A stretch of DNA of 48,101 bases from an uncultured bacterium (GTDB taxonomy: Bacteria; Electryoneota; AABM5-125-24; Hatepunaeales; Hatepunaeaceae): contig CAYYHI010000002.1 in the NCBI GenBank assembly GCA_964471745.1, forward strand, positions 1 to 48,101, read 5' to 3'. A model generated the notes under the pieces. The model did not search any database and was not told the DNA's origin. It saw only the letters and a list, made by a program, of their open reading frames with translations. Positions 1 to 8,668 of the stretch are shown in pieces. The first letter of the stretch is position 1. Every line of letters starts with the position of its first letter. The position numbers and the translations under genes were made by a program.

Positions 1-166
1 ACATAAGAACCTCTTCGGGTGTGGTGTTTAGATCATTCTTTGAAATAATAGTTTGATTTTTTATCGCTTGTTGTGTGCAGGATCACAAAATCGGAATTTT
101 GCTGAATAAAAGGGGATTCGCTATATCGAATGGGTTCTTTGAAATATTCTCTACAACCTCAATATC

Positions 167-255
167 GTCATTCCCGCGAACCAGTCTGTTCGAGAATACT
201 GTTTTCGGTGTTGTTCCTGCCAGGTTTCATAAAGAGTCAGACAGGAATGTCTGAC
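167..255. repeat. Partial copies of intergenic palindromic repeat families
   Basis: 167-203 GTCATTCCCGCGAACCAGTCTGTTCGAGAATACTG resembles the reverse complement of 28549-28579 (GTCATTCCCGCGAAACAGTGTGTCTGAGAAT). 236-255 GTCAGACAGGAATGTCTGAC is an 8-bp-stem hairpin related to the AGACAGGAGTGTCT core at 3568-3581 and 27687-27704. Confidence 0.5.
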
Positions 256-337
256 CCACTGGTCTGATGCATAAGCTAAAACCGCGGTTCCCGATCAGGA
301 TATGAACAGGAACCGCGGCTCGACCAAACACAGCCGG

Positions 338-3322
338 TTACTTCATCAGTACCAACTTCTGGCTGGCTGTCTCAGCACCGGTTTCAAGACGAAGTATATA
401 CACACCGGCAGACAGCGAGGAGGCATCGACGTTGTAACTGTAATGCCCCGCTGCCATCCGACCTTCTGTCAGTGTGGCGATCTCGCGACCGATAAGGTCA
501 TAAAGCGCCAACTTCACGTAGTCATTCCTGTCAAGCTCAAATCCGATGTTCGTTGTTGCATTGAAAGGATTGGGGTAAGCCGGATCAAGTGCGAATTGAT
601 AGGGTGTAACCGAATCCTCATCTTTAACTTCGGTCTGACCGACCTCTTCACCATCGGTTGGCGCTACGGCGTAATATCCCTGGTTTTCCGTGAACACACC
701 GCTCATCCACTCAAACTCGGTATGAGATACAAGCCCTTTTTCGCCTCCCTCTTCGCGGAGGAATAGACCGCGGCTATCTATTACGTCTTGTGTCAAACCG
801 TTGGTAGTGAACCAACTGCTGCCGGTGTTGTCCGTTATTGCCCAGTAGCCCTTGTCTAAAGCAGCAGCGTCTATTCCACCGATTTCAAAATTCTCGATGC
901 GAACGTAAACGCCTTCGAGCTCTTCAGCGCGCTCAGTCCAGACCAGTTCACCGAGATCGACCAACAGCGGCGCCGGCTTGCCCGGGCTGTCTATGACGCT
1001 GTAGTCTGTAACGTCGATGTAAGTAGCCCACTCCCAGTAATCACGATTATCCGGATCGCGCTGCATCACCATACCAGTAACCTCGATCAGGTCGCCCTCG
1101 TTCAGGTCTGCTTCGATGCCGCGTACACAGATGCCAGCCCAGTTTCCGCCGGGACCGTTCTGGATAACATAGGCGCCGAACTGTTGGTTGAACGTCGCGG
1201 GCGTGGTAAGAACACCACGGACTGTTACTTCGTAACCCATATACGGTGAAAAGTCAACTCCCCACAGTCGCGGAAAGCTTTGAACATCCTGAATGGTCAA
1301 TCCGCCTTCCTCGCGTACAACATAAACCCAGTAATAAACAGCGGACGGGGCATATCCGTCCATATCGGCTTCGTCGGTGGCAACGACGCGGTACCATACA
1401 CTTGTGCCCTCATCCTGCGCAGGAATAGTCGCAGTGTAAATATTACCTTCACCGTTCTCCATATCGATGGAGTGCTCTTCTTCCCCGTTGATGATGTATT
1501 CGAGGACAGCGTCTACTATAGCCGCTTCTCCACCCGGTTCGATGGCAGCTGTAACGAGAACGGGACCGTCGGGCGTCGGAACGCCCGGAGCGCGTACACC
1601 TTCGCTGATAATGGGTCGCATCCCAATATGGAAGGGTGGTCCATCCGCCCAGATTGAGTCACGCAGTATCCCATCCACAGGCACACGCTGGTAAATAAAG
1701 GGACAGAGTGTATTGGCTGCATTCGCATCATTCTGAATTGTTGTGCCGGCTTCTGTCTCCAATTCGTAGAAGATGTGCAGGAAATCATTAACCCTCTCGG
1801 CAACCGTGGTGTAGCATTCACACTCGGCTTCACCCGGCTCGGCGAGATGCGATCTGGTCTCGGCGACCATCGTCGGGTAGTACCAACTGGCGCCGTTGTC
1901 CTCCGAAACGGTAACGGCAACATCGCCGTGGCAGCGTCCATAGTCGCTAACGTAATCGTTATAATCGTCCGGCGGATAGTAGTTGTAGACACAGAAAAGA
2001 TCGCCGTCATCGTTATAGGCAAGCGATGGGTAGCAGACGTTGGACCTCCACGCGCCCGGTGTGGGTTGAGCCCTGATCGTATCGTCCACAATCACATACT
2101 GCCAGTACCAGCCGTCGGCGACCGGCGAGATGTCTTCCGTTGCCTCACTCCAGTGGAACAGATAGGAGGCATCAACAGTCAATCCCGGTCGGTAAGCGCC
2201 GCCGCCGCGCCTGACGGGTGGACTTTCATCCTCATCGGGATCCCACCATAGACCACGCGCTTCAAACACGATGTGGATGTTGTCCTCGTCGTCGAAGATC
2301 ACGTCATGGGTACAATATGGCAGCAGCGTATCGCCGTATACCATTTCACCGCCCCGGTGAAGATCGGGCATGACGCAGTCGGTGACGTTGATCGGATTGT
2401 CAAAGTTCCAGTTCTCGCCGTTCTCATCGGTGTAGGCAAGATAGAGGTCGTTGTTCATCTGGTAGGCGAGGAAACCGTCCCATTCAGGCGGCGCGGGAAT
2501 ATCAGTCCGCGGGAACATCCAGGTTATGGCGACCCGCTCGCTGACCCTTGAACGCGCAATGCGATAGGAGTTCAGATGGGTCTCGCCGACCACTACCGGA
2601 TTATCAACGTCGAAGACGATTTCGTCGAACTCGATGTATGCCGGCAGATAGGCAATTCTTCCACCGTCGTCTCCCAGATCGTTGCCGACAACATGGATTG
2701 TACCGCTTTCGGCTGACATTACACCCTGGGGCCAACGGACCAGATCATCGGGGAAAGTTGGAAAAACCGTAACCATGAAAGCTCCCCAACCAGGTCGGAA
2801 GTCGAGAGCTCCTGCCCAGACCATTTCATCGGGGTACGGACCGCCCATGACGTGGGTGAAAACAATCGCCCGCTGCGCTTCCTCTTCGGTCAACCAGAGG
2901 CATCCATATCCGCTGCGGTCACCCTCATCGACCTGTTGATCGCCTACCTCCAACCATTCTTCGTCTTCTGTCACGAAGTAGTTGAATTTCTGATGACGGG
3001 TTATATTGTCCACATCATAACCATCCATCCAGCTTACATGGACATTACCGTCCTGATCAACACCGATAAACTTGCCGATGGAGCCATTGCTCTGGTAGTC
3101 GTAGTACGTATCCCCCGCTTCGAATACATCGCCGATAATGTCGTCACGCCGTGGCGTCCATTGATGGTCGGCAAGGATGAACGGTGCATCCGGTAGGGGA
3201 TCATCGGGCATGACGATCTTGTCAGCCGGTTTGTCGGCAATCGGCGGTATCGCCATGTGAGTTGTGGCGAAACCTCCGGTGACAAGCATCAGTGAAATGC
3301 AGAGACCAAGTAAAAGTCTCAT
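338..3322 (-). CDS. Secreted BNR/Asp-box repeat protein, T9SS cargo (Por C-terminal sorting domain)
   Basis: 994-aa ORF. Signal-like N-terminus MRLLLGLCISLMLVTGGFA. Asp-box-like motifs SEDNGASW and TDENGENW. The C-terminus YPNPFNATTNIGFEL...GVYILRLETG...KLVLMK has the same CTD pattern as four other ORFs here. Confidence 0.75.
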   Translation of the reverse strand: MRLLLGLCISLMLVTGGFATTHMAIPPIADKPADKIVMPDDPLPDAPFILADHQWTPRRDDIIGDVFEAGDTYYDYQSNGSIGKFIGVDQDGNVHVSWMDGYDVDNITRHQKFNYFVTEDEEWLEVGDQQVDEGDRSGYGCLWLTEEEAQRAIVFTHVMGGPYPDEMVWAGALDFRPGWGAFMVTVFPTFPDDLVRWPQGVMSAESGTIHVVGNDLGDDGGRIAYLPAYIEFDEIVFDVDNPVVVGETHLNSYRIARSRVSERVAITWMFPRTDIPAPPEWDGFLAYQMNNDLYLAYTDENGENWNFDNPINVTDCVMPDLHRGGEMVYGDTLLPYCTHDVIFDDEDNIHIVFEARGLWWDPDEDESPPVRRGGGAYRPGLTVDASYLFHWSEATEDISPVADGWYWQYVIVDDTIRAQPTPGAWRSNVCYPSLAYNDDGDLFCVYNYYPPDDYNDYVSDYGRCHGDVAVTVSEDNGASWYYPTMVAETRSHLAEPGEAECECYTTVAERVNDFLHIFYELETEAGTTIQNDANAANTLCPFIYQRVPVDGILRDSIWADGPPFHIGMRPIISEGVRAPGVPTPDGPVLVTAAIEPGGEAAIVDAVLEYIINGEEEHSIDMENGEGNIYTATIPAQDEGTSVWYRVVATDEADMDGYAPSAVYYWVYVVREEGGLTIQDVQSFPRLWGVDFSPYMGYEVTVRGVLTTPATFNQQFGAYVIQNGPGGNWAGICVRGIEADLNEGDLIEVTGMVMQRDPDNRDYWEWATYIDVTDYSVIDSPGKPAPLLVDLGELVWTERAEELEGVYVRIENFEIGGIDAAALDKGYWAITDNTGSSWFTTNGLTQDVIDSRGLFLREEGGEKGLVSHTEFEWMSGVFTENQGYYAVAPTDGEEVGQTEVKDEDSVTPYQFALDPAYPNPFNATTNIGFELDRNDYVKLALYDLIGREIATLTEGRMAAGHYSYNVDASSLSAGVYILRLETGAETASQKLVLMK

Positions 3323-3373
3323 GAGAACCTCCTGTGTTGTAAATCTATGAAGTTTTGTTTTTTCTATTTATTA

Positions 3374-3590
3374 GGGGAGCATAGACACTCTCAGTGTGTC
3401 TGAGAATACAAAATTGTCCCGGGATTCATCATTCCAACGGAAGTTGGAATCCAGAGAAGTTGCTGATATTACATGCGTTACTGGATTCCATCTTTCGATG
3501 GAATGATGAGGTTCGATGCGTTTTTCACATTCTCAGACACACTGCTCTTGTCTGTGCAAGTACGGTTAGACAGGAGTGTCTAACCTCCCC
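3374..3590. repeat. Nested MITE-like repeats: a 60-nt palindromic element interrupted by a 153-nt TIR-bounded element (3392-3544)
   Basis: Outer halves 3374-3391 and 3545-3590 match the intact copy at 21449-21508. The inner element has perfect 16-bp TIRs CAGTGTGTCTGAGAAT/ATTCTCAGACACACTG and is flanked by duplicated CTCT. Confidence 0.85.
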
Positions 3591-3676
3591 TCTAACTGCT
3601 GTTAAGGTATCCTCCGCATCCCCTCCTGCTATTGCAAAGCCTGTCCTCGATGAAACGGGGGGGAAGTTAGAGGGGA

Positions 3677-6600
3677 TTACCGTAAAAGTACCAACTTCTT
3701 CTGTGCTGTCAAACCGGCAGCTTCCAGCCGGACGATGTAAAGACCGCTGGGAAGCAATCCCGCATTCAACATCAGGCTGTGACTGCCGCCACCAACCTCG
3801 CCGCTCTGCAGAACCCTCACCAGACGACCATTCACATCCAACAATTCAAGCCGCATCTCACCGGCGCCCGGCAGGTTATAGCCGATCCTCACGCTGGAGT
3901 TGAACGGATTTGGACTGGGATGTTCGAGCCCGAAAACAACCGGCTGCAAGTCAACATCATCCGTCAGATCGAGATAACCATCCGCCGGGATCGTTGTGAA
4001 CAGAATTGCACGCTCCGGTTCCAACTCCGCCGCTGCCGGATGATAGATATTGGCATAAGTAATTTCAAGCCCGCGCCTGTGCAGCCAGTCCTGGATGCCG
4101 ACGGTTGCAAAGTTGGTCTCAGTTCGGTCGACAACGACGACATCAAGGTACTGCATCAGGATTTCACCGTCACCCGTTTCCGTCCGGTGACCTTCCGCTG
4201 TCGGGTTGAATAGTATCAGCTCGAAGGTTTCCAGATGATCTTCAACGCTTGTTCTCGCATTGACCCGGCTCCATTCGATGATAAAACGATCTTCCTCCTC
4301 GTCATAGCGCGTGAAGATATCGAGGCTATCCCGCATGTCAGAACCAATGCTATCGCCGACAAGATCCTCCCAGAACGGCGCTATCATGGAATGCGGTCCC
4401 AAAGGTGACGGCATCCCCCAGTTGCGGAAGTTGTAGTACAAGTTGGATGCCTCAAAGCTGATCCAGCCGTTGGAGCAGACCGCAATTGAATCGTACTCCT
4501 CACCGTAAAAGATGAAGGTAAATGGTAGTTCATATAAATATGTTGTATCATCTATAAATCGTTGAAGAAGCGCACCCTCACCGCCATAATCCGGATCAAG
4601 CTCTATCCAGTCGAACTCCGGCGCCTGGGGATACCGATCGCTATCGTCACAGCTCTCGTATGCATAATAACCGTATCCGTCCGGTCCGATCGGGTCTTCG
4701 GGTCCGACGTCACCGATGATGATCTTGAACGGCATGGTATTAACACGGCGGTCGTTGCTGTCGGTTAGGTGGACGATGAGCTCGACTCGCCTGCCGTCCG
4801 CTGCTCTGTCCTCAGCCTCGATGCGGAACGGGTTTCCCGAGCAGTCAACGGTTTCACCTGCGCCGATATCGCCGAATTCAGCTTCATTGTCGACGATCGT
4901 GATCGAGTTGTCATAAGTTATTATCTCAGCCGTGAGTCCCGTTAAATCCATGTCGCCACCGTTCATTACTGTGACCACCAGATCAGCAGCTTCTCCCGGA
5001 TTGATGACACCGCCCTCGAATTCATAACTGACATATTTTACAACGCCGGTGCTGATCGGCAGGCGGAAGAGAGCGTGGTAACTGTTCTGCTGGTCATCTG
5101 TAATTTGCAGCAGAAAGGGAACATGATCCGCGGATGGAATCTCATGCGAAAGGATCACTCTGAATGGTCCATTGGCGGCAACAAACTCTCCCGTTGCTAT
5201 ATCGCCGAAGTCGGCGCTTGCTTGTACGATCTCAACCTCATCAATCGCGCTGGAAAGGGTTGCAATAACACCCCTGGAGTTGTTAATACCCGTGTTGCGC
5301 AGGGTTACCGTCAGATCAACCGGTGTGCCGGTGATCAGCCTGTCATCATCGCCGTTGGAAACGATAACACCGGCAAAGCCGATGTTTCTTTCGGCGGCAC
5401 TTACCGGTATTGTAGCAAGATAAGGAAAAGCCTGCTTGGCAATTACCGTAACCTCCAAATCACCTTCACTGTCCAGTTGAACGGGAACCAGGGCTAATCC
5501 GTCGGCGTCGGTCAGTACGCTGATCCCGGTCTCATCGGTCTTGCGCAGCGTAACCATCGCGCCGTAAACAGGATTGCCTGCCTGGTTTCGCACCGTAAAC
5601 GCAGTGTAACTATCACCGATATAGAGCTGTTCAGTGTGTTCGACTTCCAATGTGAAAGGTGCATCCAGGTAAACCGTCACTTCCGGGTCGCCGATAATGT
5701 TATAGATGTAGGTGTAAAACTCAACCTCCCTGCCACGTTCCCTCTTATGCGGATAGCCGTCCCAGAGCTCCATCTTGGCAGCAAGTGTCAGCGGTGCGAA
5801 ATTCCGAATGTTCCGATAAAGGAGGCTGAAGTAGAATCCACCGAGCAACGGGTTGTTGTACCTGGTTTTTGTGTAGAGGTCGGAGGGTCCGAAAAACACC
5901 AAACCGGCGCAGGGTGTTCTCCTTGTTCCCTGAAGAATTGAATATTCACCGAAGCACTGCATATGATCGTCATTATGGAAATCGCCGGTGTTGCAGACAA
6001 AGAAGGTGGAAATCGGCAGCAATGGGTCGTTGTATAGTTCCTCAAGGTTCTCCTTGTGGAACGTCGGGAAATGAGGACCATTAGCATCACCCCAGCCGCG
6101 ATAGGCGAGAATATTAATACGGCGGTTGATCGATTCGACAATCGGACCGGGATTAACGTTATCACCCGAACGCTCCCAGTAGAACTCTTCGACGTCATAC
6201 CCGCGCTCGCGCAGTCTCTCCGCGAGCCAGCGACAGGTTTCAACAGGACTGGATGTCAGTTCTCCTGAGTCGTCGTAATTACCGCCGAAAACTGTTGCCC
6301 GGTGATAGGCACCCATATCGAGATCGCCCAGGTTCTGCATATCCCTTTCGTGCCTGAGATACCTTGCCAGGGCTCGTTGAAGTTCGCCGGGATTGGGTGA
6401 ATCGCACGAAATCCGACCTATAAAAGCATCTATGAAGTAGTCGTCGCCTTCAAGCATAACATAGGGCTGATCCGTGGGATCAGTCTCGGCGCAATCGGGG
6501 TTTCTTATATAGAAAGTCGGAAGATGAATGCCGGGGGCGTCTACGTCTCCAACCAGCAGGACGTATTCAGGCGGTCGTTCCCAGTTGTCATAAGCGTCCT

Positions 6601-7420
6601 GAATATATTCTTTGATATCTTCGTTTGTGACGCCTTGCTGATACATTGGTTCGACGACGACATCGAATCCTTTGCGCCGTTTCCATTCGGCAAAATCAGT
6701 CAGATACTGCTCAAGATAGCCATCGGTTATAATAATATAGGAGCCACGCTGAACGACGCGCCCGCTGGGAAGGATGGGAGCGCTGCTGTAACCGTTAAGC
6801 AGCATGGACTGGAACACATCTTCGAAAGCCTGCGACCAATAGCGGTCGGGGTCGGGATTCCTGCCGGAAGCGCTGCCGTCCGGGACGAACTCAAACTCCA
6901 GCTCGATTCTTTCAGCGCAGGCAAGCTGATGCTCGTCCTGCAGGTAACGAGCCGGTCGAATAACAACCGGAGCAACCCTCATCCATCTCATCCACCCCGG
7001 TTCACCAACCTCGACGGTCGACGATGGTGATATATCGTGCAATATCATTTCGTTTGTATTATCACGGTTAACGACGTGATCCACGTCAAACCGCTCTTCC
7101 CGGATGTTTCTTATCTGCGCTCGTACTGAGTATCCATCGGGAACCGCTACCAGTCTCTTGATAGCCGGCAGAGCCGGACCGACGGCTTCAAAATCAGGCA
7201 TGGCACCCGGCAGGTCAACACGCAGCCTGTTATCGGTGACTGTCAGAGAAGGCGGTTGGAATTCCATCGTCACCGTGAACCCACTCGGACCTTCAGTGAT
7301 TGTTTCGACTTTAATCGGTTCCTGCTGGATCATCGGCGCCGCAAAGCAGGTTGACAGCAGCAGAAAAAATCCGATAATCGCAGGTAAGAAAGGTGGTCTT
7401 GTCAGCATGTTGTCTTTCAA
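3677..7420 (-). CDS. Gingipain-like peptidase family C25 protein, T9SS cargo
   Basis: 1247-aa ORF with a signal-like N-terminus. C25 hallmarks are SYIIITDG, EYVLLVGDVD and FFVCNTGDF (catalytic Cys context). The T9SS CTD is PNPFNSSVRIGYNLP...GLYIVRLEAAG...KLVLLR. Confidence 0.85.
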   Translation of the reverse strand: MKDNMLTRPPFLPAIIGFFLLLSTCFAAPMIQQEPIKVETITEGPSGFTVTMEFQPPSLTVTDNRLRVDLPGAMPDFEAVGPALPAIKRLVAVPDGYSVRAQIRNIREERFDVDHVVNRDNTNEMILHDISPSSTVEVGEPGWMRWMRVAPVVIRPARYLQDEHQLACAERIELEFEFVPDGSASGRNPDPDRYWSQAFEDVFQSMLLNGYSSAPILPSGRVVQRGSYIIITDGYLEQYLTDFAEWKRRKGFDVVVEPMYQQGVTNEDIKEYIQDAYDNWERPPEYVLLVGDVDAPGIHLPTFYIRNPDCAETDPTDQPYVMLEGDDYFIDAFIGRISCDSPNPGELQRALARYLRHERDMQNLGDLDMGAYHRATVFGGNYDDSGELTSSPVETCRWLAERLRERGYDVEEFYWERSGDNVNPGPIVESINRRINILAYRGWGDANGPHFPTFHKENLEELYNDPLLPISTFFVCNTGDFHNDDHMQCFGEYSILQGTRRTPCAGLVFFGPSDLYTKTRYNNPLLGGFYFSLLYRNIRNFAPLTLAAKMELWDGYPHKRERGREVEFYTYIYNIIGDPEVTVYLDAPFTLEVEHTEQLYIGDSYTAFTVRNQAGNPVYGAMVTLRKTDETGISVLTDADGLALVPVQLDSEGDLEVTVIAKQAFPYLATIPVSAAERNIGFAGVIVSNGDDDRLITGTPVDLTVTLRNTGINNSRGVIATLSSAIDEVEIVQASADFGDIATGEFVAANGPFRVILSHEIPSADHVPFLLQITDDQQNSYHALFRLPISTGVVKYVSYEFEGGVINPGEAADLVVTVMNGGDMDLTGLTAEIITYDNSITIVDNEAEFGDIGAGETVDCSGNPFRIEAEDRAADGRRVELIVHLTDSNDRRVNTMPFKIIIGDVGPEDPIGPDGYGYYAYESCDDSDRYPQAPEFDWIELDPDYGGEGALLQRFIDDTTYLYELPFTFIFYGEEYDSIAVCSNGWISFEASNLYYNFRNWGMPSPLGPHSMIAPFWEDLVGDSIGSDMRDSLDIFTRYDEEEDRFIIEWSRVNARTSVEDHLETFELILFNPTAEGHRTETGDGEILMQYLDVVVVDRTETNFATVGIQDWLHRRGLEITYANIYHPAAAELEPERAILFTTIPADGYLDLTDDVDLQPVVFGLEHPSPNPFNSSVRIGYNLPGAGEMRLELLDVNGRLVRVLQSGEVGGGSHSLMLNAGLLPSGLYIVRLEAAGLTAQKKLVLLR

Positions 7421-7510
7421 ATTTTAATTGTAGGAATTAACAAGCAATAGCTGTATATAAAATTAACATACAATTTCACCAAAGTCAAGTTATAAATAGG
7501 ACTAATGTTC

Positions 7511-7580
7511 TGCCATTTGCCATCTTAAACTCTGCCATAATGGCATAATATCTGCCGTTTCGAGTATAATAAATGGCAGA
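7511..7580. promoter_or_regulatory. Cluster of TGCCAT/ATGGCA half-sites, candidate enhancer-binding-protein (UAS) or repressor operator sites
   Basis: TGCCAT at 7511-7516 and 7518-7523. Perfect palindrome TGCCAT-A-ATGGCA at 7533-7545. Inverted repeat TCTGCCGTTT (7551-7560) / AAATGGCAGA (7571-7580). The cluster lies 50-120 bp upstream of the sigma-54 element. Confidence 0.45.
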
Positions 7581-7630
7581 TAGTACAATCAATATAACAT
7601 ATGATCTTATATTACAGGAGTATACAAATT

Positions 7631-7646
7631 TGGCACGTAGGTTGCT
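7631..7646 (+). promoter_or_regulatory. Sigma-54 (RpoN) -24/-12 promoter upstream of hsp20
   Basis: TGGCACGTAGGTTGCT equals the consensus TGGCAC-N5-TTGCW with exact spacing, about 80 nt upstream of the hsp20 ATG. Confidence 0.65.
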
Positions 7647-7724
7647 AATATAAGTCAAAGAGATAAAGGCGGGGATTTATCCGCCTCTCGTTATCTTCAA
7701 CAACAAATTAAGGAGGAAATAAAA

Positions 7725-8180
7725 ATGGCACTTGTACGTTGGGAACCTTTCCGGAGCAGAGATGTTTTTCCGAGTCTATTCGACTTACCGCGCAGTATGG
7801 ACCATCTTTTCGAGAACTTCTTCGAGCGCGATGAAGACTTGCCGGTAGTAAAATGGTCGCCACGCGCTGAGGTGACCGAGCTTGACGATCACTTTGAAGT
7901 GAGCGCTGAACTTCCCGGCATGAAACGGGATGACATCAAGGTCGAGCTTAACGAAAGGATACTGACCATCTCCGGTGAAAAGCAAACCGAGCACGAAAAG
8001 AAGGATCGCAGCATTCATCTTTGTGAGCGGGTTTACGGGAGTTTCCACAGGTCATTCCGGCTTCCGTCGCAGGTCAAGGTCGACAAGATCAACGCTGAAT
8101 TCAAAAACGGCGTTCTGAAACTCAACCTGCCCAAGGTGGAAGAAGCTAAGCCCAAGCAGATCGCCATAAAGGTCGATTAA
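7725..8180 (+). CDS. Small heat-shock protein, Hsp20/alpha-crystallin family
   Basis: 151-aa ORF with the alpha-crystallin domain pattern (PRAEVTELDDHFEVSAELPGMKRDDIKVEL...LTISGEK...GSFHRSFRLP...I.AEFKNGVL.L.LPK). Strong RBS AAGGAGG lies 8 nt upstream of the ATG. Confidence 0.95.
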   Translation: MALVRWEPFRSRDVFPSLFDLPRSMDHLFENFFERDEDLPVVKWSPRAEVTELDDHFEVSAELPGMKRDDIKVELNERILTISGEKQTEHEKKDRSIHLCERVYGSFHRSFRLPSQVKVDKINAEFKNGVLKLNLPKVEEAKPKQIAIKVD

Positions 8181-8208
8181 GGTACAGTTCTGCTCTCCTA
8201 TGGTGAAG

Positions 8209-8246
8209 CACGCCGTTCATCCGTTTGGTGGACGGCGTGTTTTTTG
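8209..8246 (+). terminator. Rho-independent terminator after hsp20
   Basis: Stem CACGCCGT (8209-8216) pairs with ACGGCGTG (8232-8239), followed by a T6 run. Confidence 0.7.
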
Positions 8247-8332
8247 TGTTGATAAACGATGAATTTTGCATTACTTTAGAGAAACCATTCAGCCCCTGAT
8301 GTTGGACTGTCATACTAATTGTCTTACATTCA

Positions 8333-8407
8333 GAGATTGCTTCACCGACCGCCAGCGTCATCGCGAGCGAAGCGAAGCAATCTCGTCAGCGGTCGGTTCG
8401 CAATGAC
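8333..8407. repeat. Composite palindromic repeat (GTCATCGCGAGCGAAGCGAAGCAATCTC type)
   Basis: The 11-nt pair GAGATTGCTTC (8333-8343) / GAAGCAATCTC (8374-8384) is interleaved with ACCGACCGC (8344-8352) / GCGGTCGGT (8389-8397). Confidence 0.7.
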
Positions 8408-8408
8408 A

Positions 8409-8576
8409 ATTAATTAGTTCCTGTTGCAAAAGTACATGAATATGAGTAATTAGACTCTTCCTGTCATTCCAGCGAAGGCTGGAATCCAGTTACTACAATT
8501 ACTTACAAACTCATCTCTGGATTCCTGCCTTCGCTGGAATGACAAATCAATGAGTTTTTCAACCGGAACTAATTAA
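8409..8576. repeat. TIR-bounded element enclosing a GTCATTCCAGCGAAGGCTGGAATCCAG hairpin
   Basis: Outer arms are TTAATTAGTTCC (left) and GGAACTAATTAA (right). The inner 27-nt arms 8463-8489 and 8517-8543 are complementary at 26/27 positions. Confidence 0.7.
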
Positions 8577-8668
8577 GTTGAAAGTCCGACAGAGTTAACA
8601 ACCGTGTGGCACGGGTTACTTGACCCGTGTTTCATATAGAATTGCAGGATTAATTCGAGGTCTATTCC

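Noticed and set aside
3394-3903. A 169-aa + strand ORF, and its look-alike 28396-28578, sharing the peptide NPEKLLIL..LLDSIFRWNDEV.CVFHILRHT. This could be read as a conserved small protein family.
   Set aside because: The shared part coincides exactly with the palindromic repeat core (3446-3544 / 28466-28564). The rest of ORF 3394-3903 runs antisense into the C25 gene. There is no RBS. The similarity is explained by the DNA repeat.
7667-7686. A hairpin AGGCGG-GGATTTAT-CCGCCT in the hsp20 5' UTR as an RNA thermometer.
   Set aside because: The stem does not sequester the AAGGAGG Shine-Dalgarno (7711-7717) and has no ROSE or fourU-like features. There is insufficient evidence from sequence alone.
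8333-8576. Dense short palindromic repeats here and in other spacers, considered as a possible CRISPR array.
   Set aside because: The repeats are inverted rather than direct, belong to different families, have no regular repeat-spacer periodicity, and no cas genes are present.
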